DNA from: Octopus vulgaris
Taxonomy: Eukaryota
Direction of reading: 5' to 3'
Assembly: GCA_951406725.2 (NCBI GenBank)
Contig: OX597837.1
Location: 41,478,001-41,542,000, forward strand
DNA length: 64,000 bases
In this document: positions 12,468-25,583 of the stretch, in pieces
How the letters are laid out: every line of letters begins with the position of its first letter
How positions within the stretch are numbered: the stretch's first letter is position 1
The notes under the pieces: model-generated
Told to the model about the DNA's origin: nothing
The model's database searches: none
What the model saw: only the letters and a program-made list of their open reading frames with translations
Position numbers and translations under genes: made by a program

Positions 12468-12622
12468 ATTCACATGAGCCAGTCATCGTTATACGCATGT
12501 CCCTTTTAAGCCTCGGATTTTCCTTAAAAAAATTTTAATCACATTCAACAAAATAATTATAGACACACACACACATTTTCTGTCTCTCTGTCTCTCTCTT
12601 TTTCTCTCTTTGTCTCTCTCTT

Positions 12623-12673
<51 letters not shown>

Positions 12674-13153
12674 AATATTTCTTACAAAGAAGCATATAAA
12701 AAAATAAGAACAAAAACCAGCTAAAATTACACATCTGAAAATAGTTAATCTAATAAAAAAAAAGTAAAAAAAAACAGTGGCAACCTCAAACACAATGCAC
12801 CAACGGTAGAAGTCATCATCAAACAAGGAAATAAACAAAGGAATAAATAAATAAACAAATAAACTATTAAAAAAAAAAGAAACAGAAAATGTGGCAAACA
12901 TTTGCATTCGTGTAAACCACAAGACAAGCAGTAAAACACTTTATAGTGTAATTAGCATCGTGAGCGCCGTCGCCATTGTCGTGGTCGCCGTCGTCGTCGT
13001 TGTCGTTGTCAATGCCGTCGTCATCGTCTTTGTCAATGCCATCATTATCGTCGTCGTTGATGTTGTCGTCGTTTTCATCCCTCTCGTCATCATCATCGTC
13101 ATCATCATCATCGACATCGTTGTCGTCGTCATCATCATCATCGTCACGATTCT

Positions 13154-13965
13154 TATTTCTTTATTAAACACAGAAGGGACAAACAAGGACAGACAAACGG
13201 ATTCAGTTGATTACATCGACCCCAGTGCATAACTGGTACTTAATTTATCGACCTCGAAAGGATGAAAGGCAAAGTCGACCTCGGCGGAATTTGAACTCAG
13301 AACGTAGCGGCAGACGAAATACTGCTAAGCATTTCGCCCGGCGTGCTAACCTTTCCACCAGCTGGCCGCCTTACCCATTTCTTTACTACCCACAAAGGGC
13401 TAAACACAGAGGGGACAAACAAGGGCAGACAAAAGGATTAAGTCAATTATATCGACCCCAGTGCGTAACTGGTACTTAATTTATCGATCCCCGAAAGGAT
13501 GAAAGGCAAAGTCGACCTCGGCGGAATTTGAACTCAGAACGTATAGGCAGACGAAATATCTATTTCTTTACTACCCACAAGGGGCTAAACACAGAGGGGA
13601 CAAACAAGGACAAACAGGCGGATTAAGTCGATTACATCGACCCCAGTGCGTAACTGGTACTTATTTATCGTCCCCCGAAAGGATGGAAGGCAAAGTCGAC
13701 CTCGGCGGAATTTGAACTCAGAACGTAACGGGAGACGAAATACCTATTTCTTTACTACCCACAAGGAGCTAAACACAGAGAGGACAAACAAAGGGATTAA
13801 GTCGATTATATCGACCCCGGTATTCAACTGGTACTTAATTTATCGACCCCGAAAGGATGAAAGGCAAAGTCGACCTCAGCGGAATTTGAACTCAGAACGT
13901 AGCGGCAGACGAAATACCGCTAAGCATTTCTTCCAGCGTGCTAACGATTCTGCCAGCTTGCCGCG
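13154..13965 (-). mobile_element. Cluster of SINE family B (Meta-domain-like): one monomer plus a tandem trimer
   Basis: GCCGAGGTCGACTTTGCCTTTCATCCTTTCG.GGTCGATAAATTAAGTACCAG core four times; period about 184 bp in 13378-13965. Confidence 0.9.
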
Positions 13966-14199
13966 AATGATGATTTTTTCTACTGGAGACATAAGGCTTC
14001 AAATTTGTTGGGTGGCGACTAGTTGACTGCCGCGTAATAATAATGAGACAAACAATTATAGACGTTACTAATTAATTCATATGTCAGGTCACGAATACAT
14101 ATTAATGTTGCAAAAAAAAAAAAAAAAAAAAAAAAGGCCTTTACCAGTCGCCGCATATTTTAAACAGCTGTAAGGCCTATTCTTTTTAATCAGTTTTTT

Positions 14200-14507
14200 C
14201 ACTCCGTCGGTTACGTCGACGAGGGTCCCAGCTGATACGATCAACAGAACAGCTTGCTCGTCAAATAAACGTGCAAGTGGCTGAGCACTCTACAGACACG
14301 TGTACCCTTAACGTAGTTCTCGGGGAGATTCAGTGTGATAAGCCTGGCTCTTTGAAATACAGGTACTACTCATTTTTGCCAGATGAGTGGACTGGAGGAA
14401 CGTGAAATAAAGTGTCTTGCCCAAGGACACAACGCGTCGCCGGGAATCGAACTCACAACCTTACGACCATGAGCCGAATGCCCTAAACACTAAGCCACGC
14501 GCCCTCA
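14200..14507 (-). mobile_element. CORE-type SINE family D (head H2 plus tail T1)
   Basis: Minus strand GTGGCTTAGTG.TTAGGG, GAGTTCGATTCCC, TGTGTCCTTGGGCAAGACACTTTATTTCACG CORE-like domain; matches 62278-62602. Confidence 0.85.
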
Positions 14508-14591
14508 CTTTTAATAGGCTTATAGAGCGTTAAAATGGATTACTATTATGTACAACTACTTGTCTATATTCTGTTTATAATGATATATGTT

Positions 14592-14870
14592 AAGGCGGTG
14601 AGCTGGCAGAATCGTTAGCATGCCGGGCGATAGTGCTTAGCAGTATTTCGTCTGCCTGAGTTCAAATTCTGCCGAGGTCGACTTTGCCTTTCATCCTTTC
14701 GGGGTCGATAAATTAAGTACCAGTTACGCACTGGGGTCGATATATTCCACTTAACCCTTTTGTCTGTCCTTGTTTATCCCCTCTGTGTTTAGCCCCTTGT
14801 GAGTACTAAAGAAACAGTTCCGCCGAGGGGGCGGGTCGATAAATTAAGTACCAGTTGCATACTGGGGTCG
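14592..14870 (+). mobile_element. SINE family B plus a partial second unit
   Basis: GGCGGTGAGCTGGCAGAATCGTTAGC head, GTTCAAATTC B box, Meta-like core. Confidence 0.85.
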
Positions 14871-14871
14871 T

Positions 14872-15199
<328 letters not shown>

Positions 15200-15374
15200 C
15201 ATATATATTCTTTGCCAAGAATTCACAAGGACCTCGAAACAACATGAGTAAACAAGAGAGACAGAGACAAGAAGAAGCAAGGAAAATGCCACTTTTATTT
15301 GAACACTATACAAATATTCTTTTAAAAAACTTTTCATTTCATTTTTTCTAAAATTTAACTGTTTTCCATGCTTA

Positions 15375-15410
15375 CAGTTGAAGAAGTCTCAATGACTGAA
15401 ACCGGTACTG
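15375..15410 (+). ncRNA. Minimal type I hammerhead (C3->U variant)
   Basis: CAG-TTGAAGA-AGTC TCAAT GACT-GAAA-CCGG-TA-CTG; palindromic helix III ACCGGT. Confidence 0.7.
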
Positions 15411-15814
15411 AAATATTTTTTATAAAATTATTTCAGCATTTTCTACCTTGACTTTTTATCCATATATACATAAGTAGAGTAGATGAAACCATAGCGACTG
15501 AAGAAGGGGTTTTTTCTTTGTGTTAATTGTCCTGTACTCTATTTTTTTGGTGTTTATAAAAAAATGTCCAGTTCCTTTGGTTTGTGTCTATGTTTTCGTT
15601 TCTCATTGTGTTCGACGTCCTTTTGGTGTCCTGTACTCATATATGTGTGTATATGTACATGTAGAGGTAGGTACGTACATATATGTTTATATATATATGC
15701 ATATGTTTTATTTTATTTATTAATATATATATATATATATATATGTAGTTCCCGGGTTGATTCGGGGTTAACCACAGTAAGTAAGGTACTCAATACATAG
15801 CAGAGTAAAATTAA

Positions 15815-15943
15815 TTTATTATATAGAAGGAGCTTCTACAGGACTAGTACTGTTTCATTCAAGAGGAATCTTCAGGAGCTCCCTGAAGATTTCTCTTGAA
15901 TGAAACAGTACTAGTCCTGTAGAAGCTCCTTCTATATAATAAA
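15815..15943. repeat. 62 bp-arm palindrome carrying a type I hammerhead (15875-15929, + strand)
   Basis: Arms 15815-15876 and 15882-15943 with 1 mismatch; GGAGCTCC-CTGAAGA-TTTC TCTT GAAT-GAAA-CAG TACTAGTC CTG-TA-GAAGCTCC. Confidence 0.85.
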
Positions 15944-16020
15944 ATATATATATATATATATATATACGTTTAAATATTTGTTGTGCAAGATTTTTTATGT
16001 GAAGTCGTGTGTTGAAACAG

Positions 16021-16655
16021 ATATTGTTATATTTCGGAATGGTCATATTGCCAGTTTAGCCAATATGTATATGTATATGTATATATATGTGTGTATATAT
16101 GTATATATATATATATATGTATATGTATATGTATGTATATATATATATATGTATATGTATATTCTTTTTTTTTTTTTTTTCTCGATTAGATTTATTATTA
16201 TTATTACTAATATTGTTGTTATACATACATACAAGCATATGTAATGATAATAATGGGTGGATGTAAACACATGAACAAAATTAGAACAAAAGCAACAACA
16301 ACAAAAACAAAATACAAATTACAAGAATGTATATAACCAGAAGATACAAATATTACAGGCATCCCCCCCACACACACACTAAATAAACATAGACGCACAT
16401 AGAGATATAAGCATGCGCAAATGAAGACATACAATAGAAATACAAAATGGCTGACGGTTAGTAAGGAGAGACACAAGTAAGTGAGAAGAAAACAAAGGAC
16501 CACTGATGCGGTCACAGGAGTGTGACGAAAGAACTTTGGCCGAAATAAGATTAAGATTAATGTAAAAAATAAATATCACTGAAGCAAAATAACACCAAAT
16601 ATATAGTGCGTGTGTTTTTATTGGCTAAACTGGCAATATGACCATTCCGAAATAT

Positions 16656-16662
<7 letters not shown>
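16021..16662. mobile_element. PLE-like fragment with ~43 bp inverted repeat (16021-16064, 16620-16662) and degenerate HHR (16497-16541, +)
   Basis: TTGTTATATTTCGGAATGGTCATATTGCCAGTTTAGCCAAT and its reverse complement; GGACCA-CTGATGC-G-GTCAC..GTGAC-GAAA-GAAC-TT-TGGCC. Confidence 0.6.
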
Positions 16663-16740
<78 letters not shown>

Positions 16741-16748
16741 CCATTTTT

Positions 16749-16809
<61 letters not shown>

Positions 16810-16812
16810 AGA

Positions 16813-16899
16813 GACATTGCATAGTGGTTCTGACATTGCATAGTGGTTAAGAACGCGAGCTACTAACCCCAAGATTCCGAATTCGATTCCAGGCAGTGA

Positions 16900-16979
<80 letters not shown>

Positions 16980-17120
16980 TCGAAAATACCTTAGGAATGA
17001 GAACCCAGGTTCGAAATTTCCCCAAAACACCTGATGAAGGCTGGAGGGTATATCAACCGAAATGTTGTGTTAACAAACAAGATGAGGATAAATATCGTCA
17101 AATGTAAATAATGTAAATAA
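16813..17120 (+). mobile_element. tRNA-headed, (AAT)n-containing element with 3' hammerhead (17026-17071)
   Basis: TGCATAGTGGTTAAG A box, ATTCGATTCC B-box-like, (AAT)n, second GGTTCGAAAT motif, AACAC-CTGATGA-AGGCTG..CAACC-GAAA-TG-TT-GTGTT. Confidence 0.7.
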
Positions 17121-17158
17121 TTGCAGATAGTTTCATAAAACCTTTATATTTCAAGCAT

Positions 17159-17534
17159 GGAGACGCAATGGCCCAGTGGTTAGGGCAGCAGACTCGCGAT
17201 CGTAGGATCGCCGTTTCGATTCCCAGAACGGGCGTCGTGTGTGTTTATTGAGAGAAAACACCTAAAGCTCTACGAGGCTCCGGCAGTGGGTTGTGGTGAA
17301 CCCTGCTGTACTCTTTAACAACAACTTTCTCTCACTCTTTCTTCTTGTTTCCGTTGCACCTGCATTTCAAAGGGCCAACCTTGTCACACACTGTGTCACG
17401 CTGAATATCCCCCGAGAACTATATTAAAGGTACGTGTCTGTGGAGCGCTCAGCCACTTGCACGTTAATTTCAAGAGCAGGCTGTTCCGTTGATCGGATCA
17501 ACTGGGACCCTAGTCGTAGTGAAACGACAGAGTG
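17159..17534 (+). mobile_element. tRNA-derived SINE family C (head H1 plus tail T1)
   Basis: TGGCCCAGTGGTTAGGG, TTTCGATTCCC; 3' part CCTG.ATTTCAAAGGGC...GTTAATTTCA.GAGCAGGCTGTTCCGTTGATCG shared with family D. Confidence 0.85.
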
Positions 17535-17734
17535 TCACGCGCGCATATTTCAAGCGCAAAGGCCCTTCTTCAGAAGAAAAACTGTCCGTGGGATGTCCAA
17601 TTACGCAGGTTCCGTTAAACCCATACACAAAGGTTTTATAAAACTATCCGCATTGTCAGAAGATTCCTGTTTTCAACTGCTTTTACCTTCTTCCTTGTAT
17701 TTCCCTACATTTTCCAACGTGCGTCCTTCCTGGT

Positions 17735-19110
17735 GATGGTTGTGGTGGCGATGGTCGATGGTGGTAGTGGTGCTGGTGCAAGTGGTGCTGGTGGTGGTGG
17801 TGCTAATGGTGGTAATGGCGTGGCGGTAGGAGTGGGGGTCATGGCGGCAGCAGTGGTTGTAGTGACAGTGGTGGTGATGGTAGTGGTAGTGGTGGTAGTG
17901 GTGGTAGTGGTGGTGGTGGTGGTGGTTGTAGTGGTGGTAACAAAATGGCACTGTGATTTACTCTATTCTCTCTCTCTCTCTCTCTTTCTTCCTCTCTTTC
18001 TCTCTGCATCTCTCTCTCTCTCTCGATGTCACTCATATGCTTTCGCTCTTTCTCTCCCTTTCCCCCCACCACTCCAATTCACCCCGCCACGTTCCCCCAC
18101 CCCCGACATCAATAACTACTTTTCTTAAAGGTGATAAATAGAATATGTCAGCAGAATATCATAATGGAGGGGGCGGAGGCGGCGGTGGCGGTGATGGAGG
18201 TGTCCGTCGTTGATGTTGTTGTTGTTGTGGTATTCGTGGCGGTAGTGGTGGTGGTGGTGCTGGTGGGAAGTTGCGGTGATGGCGAAGTTTGTGGTGGTGG
18301 TGGAGGTGGTTGCGCTCGTGCGGTGGAGACGACGGTGGTGGTAGTCTTCAGCGTATAACTAAAATTGGTGGTGGTGATGGTGCTGGTACTGGATGTGGTG
18401 GCGGCGGCGGCGATGATGGTTTCGGTGGTGGTGGTGGTGGTGGTGGTGGTTGCGGCGGCGGCGGTGGTGGTGGTGAAGTATGCGGTTGTGATGGACGTGG
18501 TGGTGTTGGTGGTGGTGGTAAGGGCGAGGCGGTAGGAGTGGTGGTGATGGCGGTAGCAGTGGTTGTGGTGGTAGTGGTGGTGGTGGTGGGTAGTAGTGGT
18601 ATTGGGGGGTGGTGGTGGTGGTGGTGGTGGTGGTGGTAATGGCGTGGCGGTAGGAGTGAGGGTGATGCCGACGGCGGCGATGGTGCTGGTGGTGCTTGTG
18701 GAGGTTGTGGTGGTGGTAGTGGTAGTACCGTATGGGATGGTGGGGGTCCTGATGGTGGTGGTGGAGGTGGTGCTGGTGGAGGTAATGGTGATGGTGGGAG
18801 GAGATTGCCAGAAGAGAGAGACACGGCTCTTTTGTGTTATGGTTATTGTAAATGGTGGCCGTGTAATTGTATGGTGATGGCTGTGAGTACAGTAGTGGTG
18901 GTGGTGGTGGTGGTTATGTGATGGTAGCGGTTTGACAATGGTATGGTGGGGGTGGGGTGTGTTATGGTGGCATGCAGAGAGAAAAAGAAGTCGACAATAA
19001 GAGGGACGTCTTTGAAGAGATCAATATTGGAACAATTGTGGGTTTAGATGAAGGAGAGCGGTTGGGACGGCTATGATCTATGATGATGATGATGATGATA
19101 GTGATGATCT

Positions 19111-19148
<38 letters not shown>

Positions 19149-19236
19149 AAGGAGGAGCGGGAGAAGGAGGAGGAGGAGGAGGAGGGAGGGGAAATGCATG
19201 TAGTGGTGGTGGGGGGTTCGTCGTCGTCGTGGTGAA

Positions 19237-19303
<67 letters not shown>

Positions 19304-19420
19304 GTGATGGTGATAATGATGATATTTTCTTCATTGGAACTTAGCAAAAGGGAGGAGAAGAAGAAGAAGAAGAAGAAGAAGAAGAAGAAGAAGAAGAAGA
19401 AGAAGAAGAAGAAGAAATAA
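17735..19420. repeat. (GGT)n, (GAT)n and (GAA)n low-complexity region
   Basis: Directly visible. Confidence 0.9.
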
Positions 19421-19467
19421 CTGAAAGATGTACAATTTGAGTTTATAAGAGGGAAGGTGTGGAGAGC

Positions 19468-19501
<34 letters not shown>

Positions 19502-20269
19502 CAAATTGAGAAAGTAAAAAGAGAGAAAAAAGTGAAAGAAACTTAAGAGGAATAAGAGATAGTGAGGGGGAGGTAGGGAGGAAGGCAGGGACGATTGATG
19601 ATGTGAAAGAGAGGAAGGACACACCTGAGATTTGATGAGATGAAGATTGTGGGTTTGAGGTTGAGAGAGAAGTCCGAGGAATGGAGTCTGGTTACCTTGC
19701 GGTTTGGCAGAGACGAGCAATGAGCTTGGCTCGGTGTATATAGGCTAATATTTGACTGGTATGTATCGATGTGTGAGTGCGTGTGTGTCAGTGCGTGTGT
19801 GTGTGTGTGTGTGTGTGTGCTAGTGAGCGTGTGTGAGTATGTGGACGTATGTGCGCATGTGTGTATGTATGTATATCTCTATCTGTTTGTCTATATGTAT
19901 GTGTGTGTGTGTCTATATATATGTGTGTGTATTTGTGTGTATGTGCTAGCGTGCATGCGTCTGTGTGAACGTATGTGTGCATGTGTGTATATATATATAT
20001 ATGCATATCTCGGTCTGTCTGCCTGTATGTATGTATGCATGTATGATCTATGTAGGCAGGTGTGTGTGTTTGTGTGTGTGTTTATGTGTGCGTGTATGTG
20101 CTAGTGTGTGTGTGTGTGAACCCCGCGCGTGTGTTCATGTGTGTGTGAATGTATGCATGTATGAGTGTATTTATGCATATATTCTTGTCTGTCTGTCTGT
20201 CGCTGTGTGCGCTCGCGTGTGTGTGTACGCGTGTATCTGTCATTGTGTTTTTTCCCATACCCCTATCGC

Positions 20270-21702
20270 TTAAAGACGGTGTTGGTTTATTTACGCCACA
20301 TTGTAACTTAGCCCGATAGAATAAGTACCCGGCTTTAGAAATATTAGTACTAAGATCGATTCATTCGATCGACTAAAATCCTTCAATGTGATGCCCCAGC
20401 ATGGCCGCAGTTCAATGACTGAAACAAGCAAAGAATAAAGGATATATATATATTTATATATTCTCTTACTTGTTTCAGTCATTTGACTGCGGACATGCTG
20501 GAGCATTGCCTTTAGTCGAACAAATCGACCACTCAGGACTTATTCTTTGTAAGCCTAGTATTTATTCTATCGGTTTCTTTTCCCGAATCGCTAAGTTACC
20601 GGGACGTAAACACACCATCATCGGTTTTCAAGCGATAGCGGGAGGGACAAACACAGACACAAACACGCACACACACACATATACGGGACGTAAAAACACC
20701 CACACCAGTCGTCTAGTGGTGATAGGGAAGGCCAAACAGACACAAAGACAGACATAAATATATACACACACACACAAACATATATATATATATACGATCG
20801 GCTTCTTTCGGTTCCCATCTACCAAATCCACTCACAAGACTTAGGTCAGAGCGTGGCTATAGTAAAAAACACTTTCCCAAAGTACCACGGCGTGGGACTG
20901 AACCCAGAACCAAGTGGTTGGGAAGCAAGTTGCTTACCACATATGCACACCTTCATACATATGTATTTAGATGCATACACATATACACACACATCTTTCT
21001 ATCTTTTTCTTTTTCTTTCCCATCATGCAGTTATTAGACTGCAGCCATGCTGGAGCACCGCTTTGAAAAAGTTTTAGTCGAATAAATCAACCCCAGTACT
21101 TAATCATTTTTTTCAAACGCTAGTATTCGTTCTATCGGTTCGCTTTTGCCAAACCGCTAAGTGGCAAAGGTAAAACCACAATATCAGTGATCGTCAAACA
21201 CGCACACACACACGCACGAACACACACACATTCATACACACATACATACACACACACACACAATATATATATATATATATATATGATTTTATTCTTTTAT
21301 TCTTTAACTTGTTTCAGTCATTTGACCGCGGCCACGCTGGAGCACCACCTTAAGGGCTTCTTTAGCCGAAGAAATCGACTCCAAGACTTGTTTTTTGCCG
21401 GCCTAGTACTTATTCTATTAACTTCTTTTCTCGAACCGCTAAGTTACGAGGACATAAACACACCAACATCGGTTGCCAAGTGATGGTGGCGGAGGAGAAA
21501 CACAGACCCCAACACACACACATAAATAAATATATATATATATATATATACACTCTCTTTTACTCTTTTACTTGTTTCAGTCATTTAACTGTGGCCATGC
21601 TGGAGCACCGCCTTTAGTCGAGCACATCGACCCCAGGACTTGTTCTTTGTAAGCCTAGTATCTATTCTATCGGTCTCTTTTGCCGAACCGCTATAAATAT
21701 AT

Positions 21703-21792
<90 letters not shown>

Positions 21793-21937
21793 GTGCTTTT
21801 TTCGTTTTCTGTCTACCAAATCCACTCACAAGGCTTTAGTCGACCCGAGGTTATAGTAGAAGACACTTGCCCAAGGTGCCACGCAGTGGGGTGAACCAGG
21901 AACCAAGTGGTTGAGAAACAATCTTCTTACCACACAC

Positions 21938-21940
<3 letters not shown>
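20270..21940. mobile_element. Cluster of SINE family A copies (20270-20440 +; 20461-20945, 21000-21200, 21286-21520, 21553-21940 -)
   Basis: Repeated TTACTTGTTTCAGTCATTTGACTGCGGCCATGCTGGAGCACCGCC tail and GAACCGCTAAGTTAC body. Confidence 0.85.
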
Positions 21941-21977
<37 letters not shown>

Positions 21978-22052
21978 GTGTGTGCGTGTGTGTCTGTTTG
22001 TGTGCATTCGTCTGTATGTACGCTTGTATGAATGCATGTATGCACGTCTGTA

Positions 22053-22180
22053 TATAAAAGCTGCGCGAGAGACGTGAGGCAGTGTAGCAGCAGCTGCAGT
22101 AGAAACGGTTACCTTTAATAGTTCCAGTGCCATAAAAGAGAAGACAGAGAAATTCTTTCTGCAGACATTCGACAGTAAGT
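22053..22180 (+). promoter_or_regulatory. Candidate TATA/Inr core promoter and non-coding first exon (22081-22174)
   Basis: TATAAAAG at 22053, CAGT initiator-like site 28 nt later, GTAAGT donor at 22175; unique sequence among repeats. Confidence 0.3.
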
Positions 22181-22329
22181 GAAAGATTCTCCAAGAAGAA
22201 TACCGATAGATGTCGTCATCATTGTAATTAATATACAACGATTATTATAGGCAGACGACCTGAGGTTTGAGCGGAGGGGGGGCAGCAGAGAGCTAAGAGA
22301 GGCGATTGCATCGGCTATATATATGAATA

Positions 22330-23153
22330 TGTATATATGCTTACATGTGTGTATATATGCATAAATGCATACATGTATACATACTACATGCATATATACA
22401 TTTATATATACAAATATATATTTATATATATATATATATATACTTACATTCATAAATACACATATAAATACATACATACACACATACATACACACATGCA
22501 TACACACATGCATACATACATACATACACACACACACATATATATATTTATATTGATACATATACACACATACACACATACATACAACATATATATGTGT
22601 GTGTGTGTTTGTATATATAGAGATATATATACATACATACATACATACACACATGCACATATGTATACACATACAATCATAAATATACACACATACATAC
22701 ATATATACATACATACAAACATACATACATACATACACACAAACATACATACATACATACACACACATACACACATACATACATACACACATAGATATAC
22801 ACATACACAGATACATACATACATACACACATACACACACATGCATGCATACATACATACATACATATATGCATACTTACATACATGCATACATACATAC
22901 ATACGTACGTACGTACATACATTCATACATACATACGTACGTACGTACATACATTCATACATACATGCATACATGTATACATACATACATACCTACATAC
23001 ATACATACATACATACATGCATGCATACATACATGCATACATACATACATACATACATACATGCATACATGCATACATACATGCATACATGCATACATAC
23101 ATACATACATAGATACATGCATACATACATACATACATACATACATGCATGCA

Positions 23154-23185
<32 letters not shown>

Positions 23186-23556
23186 CATACATACATTCAT
23201 ACATACATACGTACGTACGTACATACATTCATACATACATGCATACATGTATACATACATACATACATACATACATACATACATACATACATACATACAT
23301 ACACACACATGCATGCATATATACATACATACATATATGCATACTTACATACATGCATACATACATACATACATACGTACGTACGTACATACATTCATAC
23401 ATACATACGTACGTACGTACATACATACATACATACATACATACATACTTACATACATACATGTATACATACATACATACATACATACATACATACATAC
23501 GTACATACATGCATACATGCATACATACATACATACATACACACATACATACATAC
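22330..23556. repeat. ~1.2 kb (TACA)n-derived compound microsatellite
   Basis: TACA/TGCA/TACG variants with internal duplications. Confidence 0.95.
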
Positions 23557-23621
23557 ATAAGCATATTTTGTAGAGAAACGAGTCAGAATTGTCAACGAGA
23601 CAACGAATATGGCTACCAATG

Positions 23622-23710
<89 letters not shown>

Positions 23711-24484
23711 CCCATATTTTTCATTCACCGATTACTGAGGATAATTAAACAACGCTTACAAATCACATTTTTTTTTATTTTCTCCACTTTTACACCGTAA
23801 TGTCATATTGTTCTTTTTTTTTCTAGTTGTGCTACCATTTGTTTTGTTTTTCTTTCGCCTTTTTATTCTTTTTTACTTTATTTCCCTGTTTCGTTCTTTT
23901 TTTGCTCTTTCTACGTTTACCGCTGTTTTCTTTCCATTCACCATCATCATCACTGCCTTTTCTTTCTCCTCCTTCTCCTTCTTCTCTTCCTTCTTCTTTC
24001 TCCTTTCTTTTTCTTTCTCTCCTCCTTCTTCTCCTTCTCCTTTTTTTCTTTCTTCTTCTCATGTTATCTTTTTCTTCTTCCTTCTTCTTCTTCGTCTTCT
24101 TCTTCTTCTTCTTCTTCTTCTTCTTTTCTTCTTCTTCTTCTTTTTCTGCTTCTTCTACTCTTGCTTCTCCTTCTTCCTCTTCTTCTTCTTCGTCGTCTTC
24201 TTCTTTTTCTTCTTCGCTGTCTTCTTCTGCTCCTTCTTCTTCTCCGTCGTCGTCGTCGTTGTTCTCCTTTCTCAGACTTCCTTCAAAATTTTACCTCTTC
24301 TGCATATCGTTCTCCTTCTTCCCCTCCACCATCACATCCCCGCATCCACCACCACCACCACCACCACCACCAAAACTACCACTCAAATAACCATCACTCA
24401 CACTGTACCACAATCATCTTGGGTACTATAGATCATAACTGGGTTCTATGGTACATTACTATGGTTCATTACTGGGTACTTAGA

Positions 24485-24763
24485 CAGGGCCGTCCTAGCA
24501 ACACTGTAGGCCCCTGAGCAAATCAGGGTCCTAGGTCCTATTCTTTTATTCTTTTATTCTTTTATTTGTTTCAGTCATTGACTGCGGCCATGCTAGAGCA
24601 CCGCCTTTAGTCGAACAAATCGACCCCAGGACTTATTCTTTGTAAACCTAGTACTCATTCTATCGGATTTGATTGCCGAACCGCTAAGTGACGGGGACGT
24701 AGACACACCAGCATCGGTTGTCAAGCGATGCTGTGGGTGGTGGACAAAAACAGACACACAAAC

Positions 24764-24798
<35 letters not shown>

Positions 24799-25069
24799 TG
24801 ACGGGGCTTCTTTCAGTTTCCGTCTACCAAGGCTTTGGTATCCACTCACAAGACTTTGGTCGGGCCGAGGCCATAGTAGAAGACACTTGCCCATGGTGCC
24901 ACGCAGTGGCACTGAACCCAGAACCATGTGGTTAGTAAGCAAGCTACTTACCACGCAGCCACTCCTACGCCTTTATTTATTGACAGCAAGCAAAGCAGGC
25001 ATAGATCAGAATTGGGGTCCTAGATTTATGGAGCAACCGCCCATTAACCCATGCCGGAAGACGGTACTA
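24485..25069. mobile_element. Possible hAT-like MITE interrupted by SINE A
   Basis: Ends CAGGGCCGTCCT / AAGACGGTACTA (imperfect TIR); no clean target-site duplication. Confidence 0.35.
24541..24972 (-). mobile_element. SINE family A, full length
   Basis: Complete head, internal (TACA)n and tail. Confidence 0.9.
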
Positions 25070-25572
25070 ACTATTGATCATAACTGGATGTTGTAGATTA
25101 TCCATGAGTACTATTGTTCATCAGTGGACACTATAATATATTATTACTGAATACTATAGATTGTAACTGTGTGCAATAGTATTAATAAATTTTCCTTTCT
25201 AAATTAAGTCTTTAGAAAGAGAAACTGCAACGGCCAATGTAGATTTTGATAAGTTGCTACAGGAAAAACATAAAAACAAAATGGCTACAGCCTGCTCATT
25301 CAAGGCAGATCCGGACCTGACAACAACAACAACACTAGCATCCAATTAAATCAGTGTTTCTCAACCGAGATCTATATAAACCCCTGTGGTCCGTATAACA
25401 TTTCTGGGGTTCCAATTAAGCAAAATAGGTGATCGGGGATCCACGGTAATATTTTAAGTATCCAGGGAAAAAATTTTTTGTTTATTTATTTATTTTATTT
25501 ATTTATTTATTTATTTATTTATTTTATCTAGTTTCAGCTCACGAGCTGTGGCCATGCTACGGCACCGCCATT

Positions 25573-25578
25573 AAAAAA
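25573..25578 (-). terminator. Pol III oligo-T terminator of the tRNA
   Basis: T6 run 5 nt after the discriminator base on the minus strand. Confidence 0.7.
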
Positions 25579-25583
25579 GCCTG

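Noticed and set aside
13154-13965. CRISPR-like regular repeats
   Set aside because: The whole 184 bp unit repeats, there are no unique spacers, and the context is a eukaryotic SINE.
22337-23748. 407 aa His/Thr/Tyr/Ile ORF and overlapping ORFs
   Set aside because: (TACA)n lacks stop codons, so these are artefacts.
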